From: Octopus vulgaris
Taxonomy: Eukaryota
Length of the DNA: 64,000 nt
Direction: 5' to 3'
NCBI GenBank assembly: GCA_951406725.2
Contig: OX597828.1
Coordinates: 28,396,001-28,460,000, forward strand
The position numbers and the translations under genes are program-made. This document shows positions 51,701 through 64,000 of this stretch, in pieces. The first letter of the stretch is position 1. Each line of letters begins with the position of its first letter. The notes below the pieces were generated by a model. The model searched no databases, had not been told where the DNA came from, and saw only the letters and a program-made list of their open reading frames with translations.

Positions 51701-52041
51701 CATCATCATCATCGTTTAACGTCCATTTTCTGCGCTAGCACGGGTTGGACGGTTCGACCGGGGTCTGGGAAGCCAGGGGCTGCACCAGGCTCCAGTCTGA
51801 TCTGGCAGTGTTTCTACAGCTGGATGCCCTTCCTAACGCCAACCACTCCACGAGTGTAGTGGGTGCTTTTTACGGGCCACCGGCACAGGTGCCAGGGGAG
51901 TCTTGCATCGGCCACGATTGGTTGGTGCTTTTAACGTGCCACCGGCACGGCAGCCAGCCAAGGCGGTGCTGGCATTGGCCACGTTCGGATGGTGCTTTTT
52001 ATGTGCCACCGGCACAGAAGCCAGTCGAGACGGCGCTGGCA
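51701..52041 (-). mobile_element. SINE-like family S3
   Basis: (CAT)n end and three internal units. Confidence 0.8.
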
Positions 52042-52116
52042 TAATGTGTATACTAGATTATTGAAAGTAGTTTAGGCAATAATTATGTCAACATAAAGAT
52101 ATAAATTTATTTTAGT

Positions 52117-52896
52117 ATGTGGAAAGATGAATAGTGGCATAACGTCACCATCACTGGTGATCACTCCAATCACCATGATGTTGACTGGATGTTTGTTTGA
52201 TTTTTATCACTCTCAGTACAGGTTTTGGGGACACGGCAAGCCAATGGTTGTACTGTGTGTTACCCATCTGATCCTGGCAGAAATTTTTCTCATCTGAGAA
52301 AAACCAAAGCGTGTTTGGTTGGAGGGGGTGCTTGAGTTTGTTCAAAAGCTTCGTAGCACAGTCTTTCCTCTCATCCTTGAATGCTTGGGATAAAAATTGG
52401 CCCTTTCTCATCTTGTATGAGGAATACTGAATGTCTTCATGTACTACCTGGCTGATAAGAAACTCAGACGCTCCCATGTCCCTGACGATGGACCTGATTG
52501 ACTTGGAGGGATTGTTGTAAATCTTGGCCTGGATCTCACCAACAAATTCAGGAGTTCTTTTCTCATCAGAATGATCAGAGTGAGTTTTCCGAATTGCCAT
52601 TCCCTCATAATCACCATTAGACTCATCCAACTCTTTCCAAGTCCTCTGCTCTGTCCTCAGATTGACACCCAAACACTTTGAAATGTTCGTATTGGAGCTT
52701 CTGGTGTGAATGCCAAGCAGTGCAGCATGTTGTTTCCAAATTTCTGGCTGAGTGAATTGCATCTTGGTGTTGTTTTTCTCACAGACAGTGCCCAACTGAC
52801 CCTACTATATTGTATGGTCAACAAAATCAAAACCAAACAATGCACATGCAGGAAATTAAAAATATACAATGGCAACAATTTACCCATCACGCCCTG
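52117..52896 (-). pseudogene. Truncated Tc1/mariner (maT-like) transposase with left terminus
   Basis: HTH region NNPSKSIRSIVRDMG, first catalytic motif WFFSDEKNF, frameshifted continuation KHPVNIMVIGVITSDGDVMPLFIFPH, terminus TA|CAGGGCG. Confidence 0.85.
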
Positions 52897-55434
52897 TATA
52901 TATAGCTAAATCGATATATCAATATAAAAACTGATAATAACAAGAGTATGTGAATGTTCTAGGTTCAATGTTAGGAGTTGGGGAGCAGAACTACATGTCT
53001 GTCTTATTCAAGTAGAATAAGTATCCAGAAGAAGAATGGCAACAAATTTTGAAATGTGTTCTGTAATATTTAAATTGGCTCCGTAAATTGTAACAATTTC
53101 TGTCAGAAATTAAATTAATAAGATTGCTATTTTGCAGATCTGATCCATCTTATAGTTTAAAATTGATTTTTTTTTTCTTTTTAACTGATGAGGCATATAC
53201 TGGAAGATCTTGTTACTCTGATTGTATTGTAAATTTTAAAGGAGACCTGGTTTGATGTAGCTAACATCAATATATGGCTGAATAGTTATGGTGTCAGTTT
53301 TGTAGTTATCAGTTCTTTGGTTCAATCCTGCTGCATGGCATCATGGGTAGACATCATTTTCTATAATCTCAGATTTCTGTAGGCCTTGTAAGTGAAATTG
53401 GGTAGATGGAAACTAGATAGAATCTCTTTGGTAGGATTGTACATGTAATTCAGAGGTGCAGATTTGTCCCTTATGAACTGTATCAGGCTGATACTTCTTT
53501 ATCATCATTAACGTCCACTTTTCGATGTTTGCATGGGTCAGAGGGAATTTGTTGAGGAAGATTTTCTGCAACTGGTTGCACTTGCTGTCACCAACTCTCA
53601 TCTGTTTCCAAGTAAGGGAATATTTCCTTGAGACCAGACATGTTTCCGCAGAGCCATGCTGATTCTGCCTGAGAACCATGCTCAGAATAAACATGTCTAC
53701 TGACGTGTTAATTCAAGGGCAAGTAACTCAGTTGATTGAACAACTGAATCCTCATTGTCAAACAGTGGAGAACCACTCTTTCATCCATCATAATTCTTTA
53801 ACCTTTTAGCATTTAGACAGGCCATATCTGGCCAAAGTATTCTATCTGTTTTATGTACAAATTAGCCTGATCAGGCCTTTCACACCTATCTTACAATTTC
53901 ATTCTAAAAGTAAACAATCGCATCATTAAAATCTTGAAGCTACAAGACAATGCATGATTAAAACCAAACAATGGGAATAAATAAGGATGACATTTGACAC
54001 AATAATCCAAATGATGAAGAGTCAAAAAAGATGGATGAGAATATTCATTGTGGAAGTTGGTAAAATACTTGCTTACAATGTTAAACGATATAGTTGTGTA
54101 GGGACAGATGAGGCTGTGTGGTTGGGAGGCTTAATTTTCAACCATGTACTTCCAGGTTTGGTCCTGCTCTGCAGCATCCTAAGGCAAGAGTCTTCTAGTG
54201 TGGTCTCTCACTGACCAAGGCTTTGTGGGTGGATTTGGTACACAGAAGCTGAAAGAAACCTATTGTGTGTGTGTATGTGTGTGTACTCTTGTCTAGGTAT
54301 TATACAATGGATGCAAATAAACCTCATCATTATACAAGTGAAATTGATCATTTCCTGACTTCCATCAAAAGCATGTCTGCCTATCTAGATTAATGTTGAG
54401 GTCCAGGCTTGTTGGACTCAGAATTGTATTTAAGTTCATTGTGTTTATGGGATACTCAGCCAATTACAAATTTATTTCATGAATAGAAGTCCAGTTTCTG
54501 TCCTCCATATCCACTGAAAAAGCTTTGGCCAACCTAGGGCTATAGTAGAAGACACTGGCCCAAGGTGCCATGCAATGGAACTTAACCTAAAAGCACATGG
54601 TTTGGAAGTAAATTTTTTACCACACAGCCATGCTAGCAGCCATCGGTTCTTATCACGTAACAAGGTGCTTCACACTCAAGTAACCAATACAAGTCTATAT
54701 GAATGTGCTTGCTCGCATGACAGTAGCTAGAAAATTGGATGATATAATATGCATGAGTTTTAGCAGACAGTTCATTCATTATGTATCTCCACCTTGTGCA
54801 CACACACACACACACACACACGCACATCCTAATATTACATAATTTATCGTGAACAGAAATAAATGAATTTGAAAAAGCATTAGAAAATAATGCAAAATAT
54901 TCAACACAGGAAAATAGTAGAAGCCATGTTGAAATAATTTATGAATCCTCAATTTCATAGAATATGAAAGTGAAAGTACATAAGAGAAATAGTTTGATGC
55001 ATGAATTATAACATTCAATTGTGAAATGGAATGAGGATGTCATGCAACATAAAGCAAGGAGAATATCCAGTCTATGATTCCAAAACCAGAATGAATCTAA
55101 GAAATCAAGCATAAATTTTAACTTGTCTTAATTAACTAGTGTTATTAGCCTAAGAATGGGTAACCTTTTTGAAAAAGCAGGCTGCATGGAACCACACTGC
55201 TAAAAACATTCCAAGTTGATTTTTTTTGTTAGGTATGCCATTCAGAAAGTCCTGTGTGCACCACAGGTTGCCCATAACAAGAACAAGAACACACTTTTCA
55301 TTGCTGTGGAATAATTTACATTTTTGGGTTTTTATCTTTTATCAGTCATTGGACTGTGGCCATGTTAGGGGCATCGCTATTAAGGAGTTAGTCTAACAAA
55401 TCGACCCCCAATTACTTATGACCTTTCTTTTGAT

Positions 55435-55871
55435 TCTTGTAATTGTTCATCTTCCATCAGTTGTTCCACCACGCTTTGCAGGACATTCTTGTCAAGCTCT
55501 ACAGATCTTCCAGGATGAGGCCCATCTTCTAGGCTGTAGTTTCTGGCTCAGAATTTCTGCAACCGCCGTTAACATTGGCTTATGCTTATTGTCCGATCCC
55601 CATATACGGCATTAATATTCCTCGCACTTTCTGTTGCATTGTTGCCTTTACTGAACTCACATTGTCACTTTATTACCACTTCTATTATCACTTTGAAACA
55701 ATAACTGTTAAAATCGAACTGCACGCCTCAAAACTTGAACTAAGAATAAGGACAAGGTAAAATTACTACTTGCTTTTATAGCAAGTTGATGCAGGTAGGT
55801 TATCCCATCCCCGCTCTGACTTTTAGTTCATGCAATTGGAAAAAAACCAAATTACTTATGGGATGACCCAA
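55435..55871 (-). pseudogene. Mariner 5' fragment (TIR plus N-terminal HTH with stops)
   Basis: TA|TTGGGTCATCCCATAAGTAA terminus; EFSKGNNATESARNINAVYGDRTISISQC*RRLQKF*ARNYSLEDGPHPGRSVELD. Confidence 0.8.
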
Positions 55872-55881
55872 TATATATCCT

Positions 55882-56139
55882 TGACTGGCTTCCGTGCCGG
55901 TGGTATGTAAAAAGCACCAATCCAATCATGGCCGTTGCCAGCCTCGCCTGGCACCTCATGCTGGTGGCACGTAAAAAGCACCCACTACACTCATGGAGTG
56001 GTTGGCGTTAGGAAGGGCATCCAGCTGTAGAAACACTGCCAGAAAAGACTGGGGCCTGGTGCAGCCTTCTGGCTTCCCAGATCCAGGTTGAACCATCCAA
56101 CCCATGCTAGCATGGAAAACGGATGTTAAACGATGATGA
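55882..56139 (+). mobile_element. SINE-like family S3
   Basis: Near-identical to 10780-11040. Confidence 0.8.
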
Positions 56140-57130
56140 CAGTATCATGACAGACAATCTGATATTGTACCCCACAATATGCTTTGTATTGTTTTAACTT
56201 TTGAATGATGCCCCTCCCCTGGCTAGGCATGCAGGCCAACTTTTCCCCTGAGTGGAATGCCAGTCCATTTATAGCAGAGTAGACTGGGACAATGTGAAGT
56301 AAAATATCTTGCTCAAGAACACAACATTACCTCCAGCCTGGGAATTGAAACTATGATCTCTCTTGATCACCAGTGCTATGTCCTAACCACCTGCCCAAGG
56401 AACTTCACACATACGCAAACACACACAGGCACGCACATTTTTATTTGTTAATATTTAGCAGAATCAACAGAGTGACTCATAGACTGAAAGTTTCGTACAT
56501 GAGCACTTACCAAAATATATATAAATGCATCAATGAATTACAATTATTAAGACAATTGCTCCAATTCCCAAAATTACTTGTAGTTCTAATTATAATTTAC
56601 TAATTAGTCTGTGTAAAAAGGAAAATTAATGTCTACAGTAATGTGTGTACACACAAACACACACATACACATACACACATATATTTTGTTTGTCCATCAG
56701 AGTAACAAGGACCATTCGGTCATCCTTAAGGGTGACTTTGTTTCTAGTGAAGAAGACATGCATGCCATCAGCCTCACTCACTCATCTGTGACCACCTTCA
56801 GTCCAGTGGCAAGACCAGGTCAAGATAACCAGGGGATGGAGAGGGATGCAGTGGACGACCAAGGTGTCTCACTTGTCTCATCTTGCCCTCTGCATCCCAC
56901 AATGCATTGCTGCAACAGCCTTCCTTCGGGAAAGTTTCTTGTATAGAGTCTGCCAGATTCAGTCTTCACACACATAAATAGACAACCCCCAATATGCTAA
57001 GTAACCTATAGATGGGACCCCGACAGGTGGGCTAACAGGTGACTCCACTCTCCTCAAAAACTCTGAAATTTACAACCCAGGCCCTCACTGTTGTATGCAT
57101 TTTAAAGTCATATCCATGACTCAACCATAC

Positions 57131-57515
57131 ACAGGAGTGGCTGTATGGTAAGTAGCTTGCTTACCAACCACATGGTTCCAGGTTCAGTCCCACTGCAAGT
57201 GTCTTCTACTATAGCCTCAGGCTGACCAAAGCCTTGTGAGTGGATTTTGTAGACAGAAACTGAAAGAATCTAGTCATATAAATATAAATGGATATATGTT
57301 TGTGTGGTATTTTTGTGTCTGTATTTGTCCCCCCAACATCGCTTGACAACTGACGTTGGTGTGTTTATGTCCCTGTAGCTTAGCGGTTCGGCAAAAGAGA
57401 CTAATAGAATAAGTACTAGGCTTACAAAGAATAAGCTCTGGGGTCGATTTGTTTGACTAAAGGCTGTGCTCCAGTATGGCCACAGTCAGATGACTGAAAC
57501 AAAAGAGTAAAAGAG
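57131..57515 (+). mobile_element. SINE family S1
   Basis: Collinear with S1, with a small deletion in the head. Confidence 0.8.
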
Positions 57516-57950
57516 TATACACGCTTGTGTGTGTGTGTGTTTGTGTGTGTGTGTACATAACAGTGTTTATTCATCTGGTCTTGTCATGTGCACAGCAATT
57601 GTAAGTGATGTATTACTGATCATGTGATTAATGTCATGTGTTTGCATTTCTCCACAAAAATATGTCTGAGCTGTTGGTAGTTCAATAGACTGAGGCAATT
57701 ATTATCTTGCATGAAAGCGGGTGCATGTTGGTTACAAGAAGGGCATTTGGCCACAGAATATCCTGCCTCAAAAAAATATTGCTTGACCCATGCAAATGTA
57801 GAAAAGTAAACAAAACAATGATGATGATGATGATCTATATATGCTTGTGTGTGTGTGTGTGTGTGTGCATATGTGTATATAAATCTACATACATACATAC
57901 ATACATATATATATATACATAAATATATATATATACATACACACACACAC

Positions 57951-57983
<33 letters not shown>

Positions 57984-58146
57984 ATTATATACATATGTGT
58001 ATGTATTCATATGTCTGTATATAAAAACACCCACGTATGTATATATACATACAGGCATTCATACCTATATAAATTTGTCTCTACATATAGGAAGAGAGAT
58101 GTATGTGCTGATGTATGAATGCCTGTGTCTATGTATACATATATCT

Positions 58147-58203
<57 letters not shown>

Positions 58204-58659
58204 TATATGTATATACAGGCATGCACACACATGCATACACACACATACAATATCCCCCACATGTGCAAAGTAGTAAACAAAAACATGTATATATATATAT
58301 ATACACCTCCACATGCCATACATCTTTATACATATGTAGGTTTATTTATTTACGTCTGCAATGATATTTGTGTATGCATCTACAGTAATGACAAATTGTT
58401 TCCAAACTTGTATCTCGAAGCATTAAACTGTTTCTACATCAAATTAACAATCTTTCACTACTGTTCTCTAATAATCAACTCTGTCCGCCCTCCGGTCATC
58501 CGCTTTCTCTCCTTCATTGAGATTACACTCCGTTATATATATATATATGTTCCGTTATTCTCTGTCTTCGGTTTTATGCTGCTAGGCATTGAGGGATTGT
58601 ATGTTGTTGCTTGCGTCCGGGATGTTGTCCGTTATCACTGGCATTGTGATCGGCGCTGC

Positions 58660-58919
58660 TGTCGTCGTCGTCGGCGTCGTCGGCGTCATGATCTCACCAT
58701 CGTCATCTTCATTCTCATCATTACTTTCATCATTGTCGTCCTCTGCATCATCATTTTCATCATCATCATCATCACTTTCATCATCAACATCATCATCATT
58801 ATAATTTCACTAATTGTGTTATTGTCAGCATCATCATCGCCATCATCATCATCACCATCATCCTTACCATCATCATCATCATCATCACCACCATCATCAT
58901 CATCATAATTATCGTCATC

Positions 58920-58950
<31 letters not shown>

Positions 58951-59168
58951 CCATCACCATCATCATCATCATCTTCATCACCACTATCATCATCATCATC
59001 ATTATCATCATCATCACATCATCATCACCACCACCACCATCATCATCATCATTATCATCATCACCATCATTATCATCACCATCACCACCATCATCATCAT
59101 CATCATCACCATCATCATTCTCGTCATCACCATCATCATCATCATTCTCGTCATCATCATCATCATCA
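58660..59168. repeat. Degenerate (CAT/CAC/CGT)n trinucleotide tract
   Basis: Seen directly. Confidence 0.9.
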
Positions 59169-60063
59169 GTTAAAAAATATATTCTTTTGTTTTGTTTCAT
59201 TGGTGGTGATGGTCATTTATTTATTTGTTTGTTTCTTTTCGTTTTTTTTTTCTTTCTTCCTTATGTGTTCACCTTGTCTGCAAGGCAGCAGGACATTTAA
59301 GACAAAATCCCCAATTTGAAATGGGGCTATCATGACAGCAGAAACGAACAAGAAACAGGCCAAGATATAATATATATATATATAAAAATAAATCAAATAA
59401 AATAAATAAAGTAAAATAAAATACAGCAAATATAAAAACAAAAAGCGAAAAAGAGAAAAAGGAGAAGAAAGAAAAAAACCTTAACCCTAACCCTTCTAGA
59501 CATCAAAATGAATCTATCTGGAATTGAAATAATAAACGAATATACCTCTTCGTTACTACTTCAGCCACCTCCACCACCACCACCACCACTAACCCCCCCA
59601 CCACCACACTATTCCTTTGTTGTTTGGTTTTGTATTTTTCCTTTTATGTATAAATATATACTAATGACTACTTTTAAGGGCCCCTATAAAAGAGTTTGTT
59701 GTTTTAATAAGGGTTTATCGGCAGGAACAATTTACATATTCTTGAGCAACTCAGAAGCAAATTGTCCTTCTTCCTAATGTTCTGTAATTTTATCTTTGGC
59801 TTGACCCTTCTAGATATCCCCTCCTCTCTCCCTCCTTTGTTCTCCCCTTTTCTTTTTCTCCATCTCCCATCTTGGAAAGTCCCACATTTCGTTTTAATAA
59901 ATGTTTGCTTTATGTTCTCTGCATCTCTGCAGTTTCCCCCTGACCAGACATACTTCTGTGGGAGACTGGTAAGAAACGACCCCACTTGCATGACAGTGAC
60001 ACTCGTTTACAACCATCCAGCAAAGTCAAGGCAAGGTGACTGTAGCACACACACACACACACA

Positions 60064-60115
<52 letters not shown>

Positions 60116-60464
60116 AACACACTCACACACACACTTTCCAAATGCCAAATTCACTGACAAAGGCAGTGGTCATCTCAGGTCGGCAGTAGAAGACACTGTT
60201 CAAGGTGCTGCGCAGTGGGAATGAACCTGAAGGCATGTGGTTACAAAGCAGGCTTCTTAACCACACAGCCATATGTTTCTTTTTTTTTGTTTGTTTTTTT
60301 ATTGTTCTGCTACTGTCACCAATGTTACCATCAGAATATCTAACCATTAATGGACACACAGACAGACCGTCAGTGGTGAGATTGTTGTGTGTTGACCATG
60401 TCATTGACAACTACTTAGTAATTGAGGTCCGTTTCCATAACAGCCCTGTCAGCTGCTAAAACTC

Positions 60465-60495
<31 letters not shown>

Positions 60496-60875
60496 GTGTG
60501 CTCCAGATCCATCAGTGACCTCAACAACAACAACAACAACAATAACAAATGATGATGACGACCCAGTGACTGACGACTGACGTTGATTAAGGAGAAGATG
60601 AAGTGTTGAGATAACATTGAAACAGACAAACAAACAAACAAACAAAGCAGCAACAGCACCAACAGCAGCAGCAATGAAATGACAACTGCAGGATGGTGAT
60701 AGAGAAGGGGATGCAAAAAGGGGTCATCGTAGGGAGAGTAGATTAGGAGGGTGGTGGTGGCGGCGGTGGTGTTGAGGCCACTCATAATTCAACTTCAGCA
60801 GCAAGCAGTACTGCAACCAACTGCAGTATGCAATATAAAAAGAATGAAAGAAAAGAAAGAGAGAAAGAAAAGAAT

Positions 60876-60918
<43 letters not shown>

Positions 60919-61055
60919 AAAAAAGAAAAGAAAAGAAAAAATCCCAACTGAAAAGGGGTTTGATGATAATGAAGTTGATGTGAATACTGGAGGTTTGTTT
61001 TGACATATATAAAAAAATGAATTAAATATTCACAATTATTATTATTATTATTATT

Positions 61056-61257
61056 GAGTGAGAGAGCAGTTCATGCCATCAAAGTGACACTGGGGTAAAA
61101 TATACGAAGCCCAGTATACCCATCATGACTACCCATCTGATAAGGGTACACTAGGCACATGCATCACAACCATATGTGCGCGACATGGTGATCTTATATC
61201 AAGATAAACAGCACATGACCTTGCAGGTGAGGCCCTGTTAGAATTTTCTTCTGGTCA
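61056..61257 (-). mobile_element. Unclassified ~200-bp retroelement-like insert in (ATT)n
   Basis: Complex, more GC-rich block with (ATT)n on both sides; ends in (AAT)n on the minus strand. Confidence 0.4.
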
Positions 61258-61281
61258 TATTATTATTATTATTATTAATCA

Positions 61282-61506
61282 TAAGGTGGTGAGCTGGCAG
61301 AATCGTTAGCATGCCGCGCAAAATGCTCACTGTTATTTCGTCTGCTGTTATGTTCTGAGTTCAAATTCTGTCGAGGTTGACTTTGCTTTTCCTCCTTTCG
61401 GGATTAATTAAATAAGTACCTGTTACGCACTGGGGTCGATGTAACCAACTTAATCCCTTCCTACAAATTTGAGGCCTTGTGCCTATAATAGAAAGGATTG
61501 TTGTTG

Positions 61507-61545
<39 letters not shown>

Positions 61546-61810
61546 GTATTATTGTTGTTGTTGTTGTTATTAAAGGCAGCAATCAGGCAGGGTTATTACT
61601 GCACTCTGCAACTGGACCAAATGCTTGGTGGAGTTTCTTGCCAATCTCCATGTTCTGAGCTCAAAATACTTCTGAGGTCACCTTTTGCTGTCTTCCTTAC
61701 ACACTCAATAAAATATGTACCAGCTGTGCACTGGGGGGGGGTCAATGTCATCAACACGTCTTTTTCCCCAAAATTTCAGAGCCTGTGCCTAGATTAATAA
61801 GAAAGGATTT
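61282..61810 (+). mobile_element. Two S2 SINEs separated by (GTT/ATT)n
   Basis: Heads at about 61283 and 61572. Confidence 0.75.
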
Positions 61811-61842
61811 TTGTTATTTTTATCATCATCATCATCATCATC

Positions 61843-61890
<48 letters not shown>

Positions 61891-62157
61891 CCATTATTTT
61901 ATAATTATTCAGTAGTTTTCTTTTATTGCTTGCTTTTTCACTCTGTTACCAAACACTGCTTCCTGTACTTTACATTCTGTGACAGGGTTTTGTTTTGGCT
62001 CAGCAAATCTAATGAGTATTTGTCCACAACAGGCCAATAACAAAACACGAATGCAATTCCGTGTGTCTGTCACCTCTCAATAATTAAAACAGTGAGGGGC
62101 GTTGATTATGATGACCAGTACAGAAATGTCAGTGACAGTGGCTACTGATTAATCCGG

Positions 62158-62165
62158 TACACATA

Positions 62166-62264
<99 letters not shown>

Positions 62265-62315
62265 ACACACACACACATACACATACACGCGCGTGCGCAC
62301 ACACACATACACACA

Positions 62316-62390
<75 letters not shown>
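62158..62390. repeat. Long (CA)n microsatellite
   Basis: Seen directly. Confidence 0.95.
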
Positions 62391-62395
<5 letters not shown>

Positions 62396-63202
62396 GCAGC
62401 CACAGACAGATGAAGGCAAAGAAGCAAGTTATTTGAAGCTAGAAATGGTATTTGGTAGGAGAGTGGTGTGGTGTACATTGACCAACCAGCCAACCCCTTT
62501 TCAATTATGTTTATCTATACACACACACACACTCTCTCTCTCTCTCTCTCTCTCTCTTTTTCTCTCTTTCCTTATTGCTGCTTTTACCGTACTGAACAGT
62601 GGCAAAGTCCACCTAAGCAGGCTTGTTATGATCCCATACCTCATTCATGTGGATGGATGGATTGCAATGCCAGTGTTTCCAATTAACTTATTCATATCTC
62701 CAGTTGAATAAACTCCTACAACATTCACGGAATGATTGATGTGGCCAGAATCATTGAGATGTTCGTTAGTCGTTAGTCATCAGCAGAATTGTATCCTCAC
62801 AAATTGGGTCAGTTTAAGCCCCAGGTTAGCCCTAATTATGCAGATCTCTAATCAAATGCTTTCTGGCTTTGACAATCCCAATTAATTTGTATATTATACT
62901 CAATATTTATATTGCCAAATGTGTTCTTTCAATGATGGAGATGGAATTTTTCAAGGAAATTTGGCTAATTTTTTGTTTTAGCCTGTCAAATGACCACCTT
63001 GAGCAGTCATGAGCAGCCTGTAGTAGGACTTTCCGAATGGAATACCTAACAAAAATTTACCTTCAAATACATGGTGGTGCAACTGGCTTGATGATGAGCC
63101 ATGTTTCATGCGGCCCACATTTTCATAAAAGCTGTTCACCTCTGATCTCCCTCATTGAGTTGATTGGCTAAGGGATAAGGTTGTTTATTTGGTCAGTTTT
63201 GA

Positions 63203-63258
63203 AAGCCTTCTTTCCACTTTGCCACAAGTGACCACATAGAACTTTTCCTCCTATCCAC

Positions 63259-63289
<31 letters not shown>

Positions 63290-63636
63290 TTTCTCTCTCT
63301 CTCTCTCTTTGGGTAAGTTAAGCCTTCTTTCCACTTTGCCAGAAGTGACCACATAGAACTCTTCCTCCTATCCACCTCTCCCTCTCTCTCTCTCACTCTC
63401 TCTCTCCCTCTTTCTCTCTCTCTCTCTCTCTCCCTCTTTCTTTCTCTCTCTTTGGGTGAGTTAAGCCTTCTTTCCACTTTGCCAGAAGTGACCACATAGA
63501 ACTCTTCCTCCTATCCACCTCTCACTCTCTCTCTCTCTCCCTCTTTCTCTCTCTCTCTTTGGGTGAGTTAAGCCTTCTTTCCACTTTGCCAGAAGTGACC
63601 ACATAGAATTCTTCCTCCTATCCACCTCTCCCTCTA

Positions 63637-63716
<80 letters not shown>

Positions 63717-63724
63717 GATTAGTT
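63203..63724. repeat. Four-unit tandem repeat: ~57-bp constant block plus variable (CT)n
   Basis: AAGCCTTCTTTCCACTTTGCCAGAAGTGACCACATAGAACTCTTCCTCCTATCCACC starts at 63203, 63320, 63463 and 63570. Confidence 0.95.
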
Positions 63725-64000
63725 TATTGATGCAGTTATCTTCAAACAACCCTGTAAAGTTCTCTTGTTGGACCAACAGCACAAGTTCATTTATTTGGGC
63801 AACCGGGGGATATTTCTCTCATGACACACAACCCTTCCAATTTACCAATTTAAGAAAAAAGAGTGGTCAACCCACACACTTACTTCAGATGCCTTCACAA
63901 AACCAAACACAACTCACACACACACATATATATGTAGATGCATATGTCTACATGGTCTAGTTACTGCATTGTCTGAACATGAAACTTGAAGTAGCTCACG

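Noticed and set aside
56629-56946. 105-aa ORF in a GC-richer block
   Set aside because: Starts in a microsatellite and has no recognisable domain; more likely a retroelement UTR fragment that I cannot classify.
57997-59200. 303-aa ORF and poly-His/poly-Asp ORFs
   Set aside because: Trinucleotide and dinucleotide repeat translations open in several frames on both strands, with no domain or splice evidence.
59479-59494. Telomeric CCCTAA repeats
   Set aside because: Only about two units, which is expected by chance.
63203-63724. CRISPR-like repeat-spacer array
   Set aside because: Eukaryotic context, spacers are (CT)n, repeats are too long, and there are no cas genes.

Overview
AT-rich eukaryotic non-coding DNA saturated with microsatellites ((TA)n, (CA)n, (ATT)n, (CAT)n, (TATC)n) and interspersed repeats. 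The repeat landscape looks cephalopod (Octopus-like), which is an inference from recalled repeat families. No host protein-coding exon can be supported, and almost all listed ORFs are translated microsatellites or SINEs. The recognisable coding remnants are all transposon pseudogenes: a CR1/L2-type RT C-terminus, three RLE-type LINE C-termini (two R4/Dong-like, stacked in an (AAT)n tract), a maT-like Tc1/mariner and two mariner fragments. There are at least four SINE-like families plus piggyBac-like, Merlin/MULE-like, Tigger-like and Helentron-type non-autonomous elements. The main unexplained signal is about 14 hammerhead-ribozyme (HHR) motifs from several short sequence families, mostly next to (TA)n tracts and often at the centre of fold-back palindromes. 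They include a complete type I HHR at 3670-3732(-), a palindrome with an HHR on each strand at 40842-41008, and a family with a variant CUGUYGA core. The best interpretation is Penelope-like element pseudo-LTR or retrozyme-like remnants. Coordinates were read by eye and may be off by a few bases.
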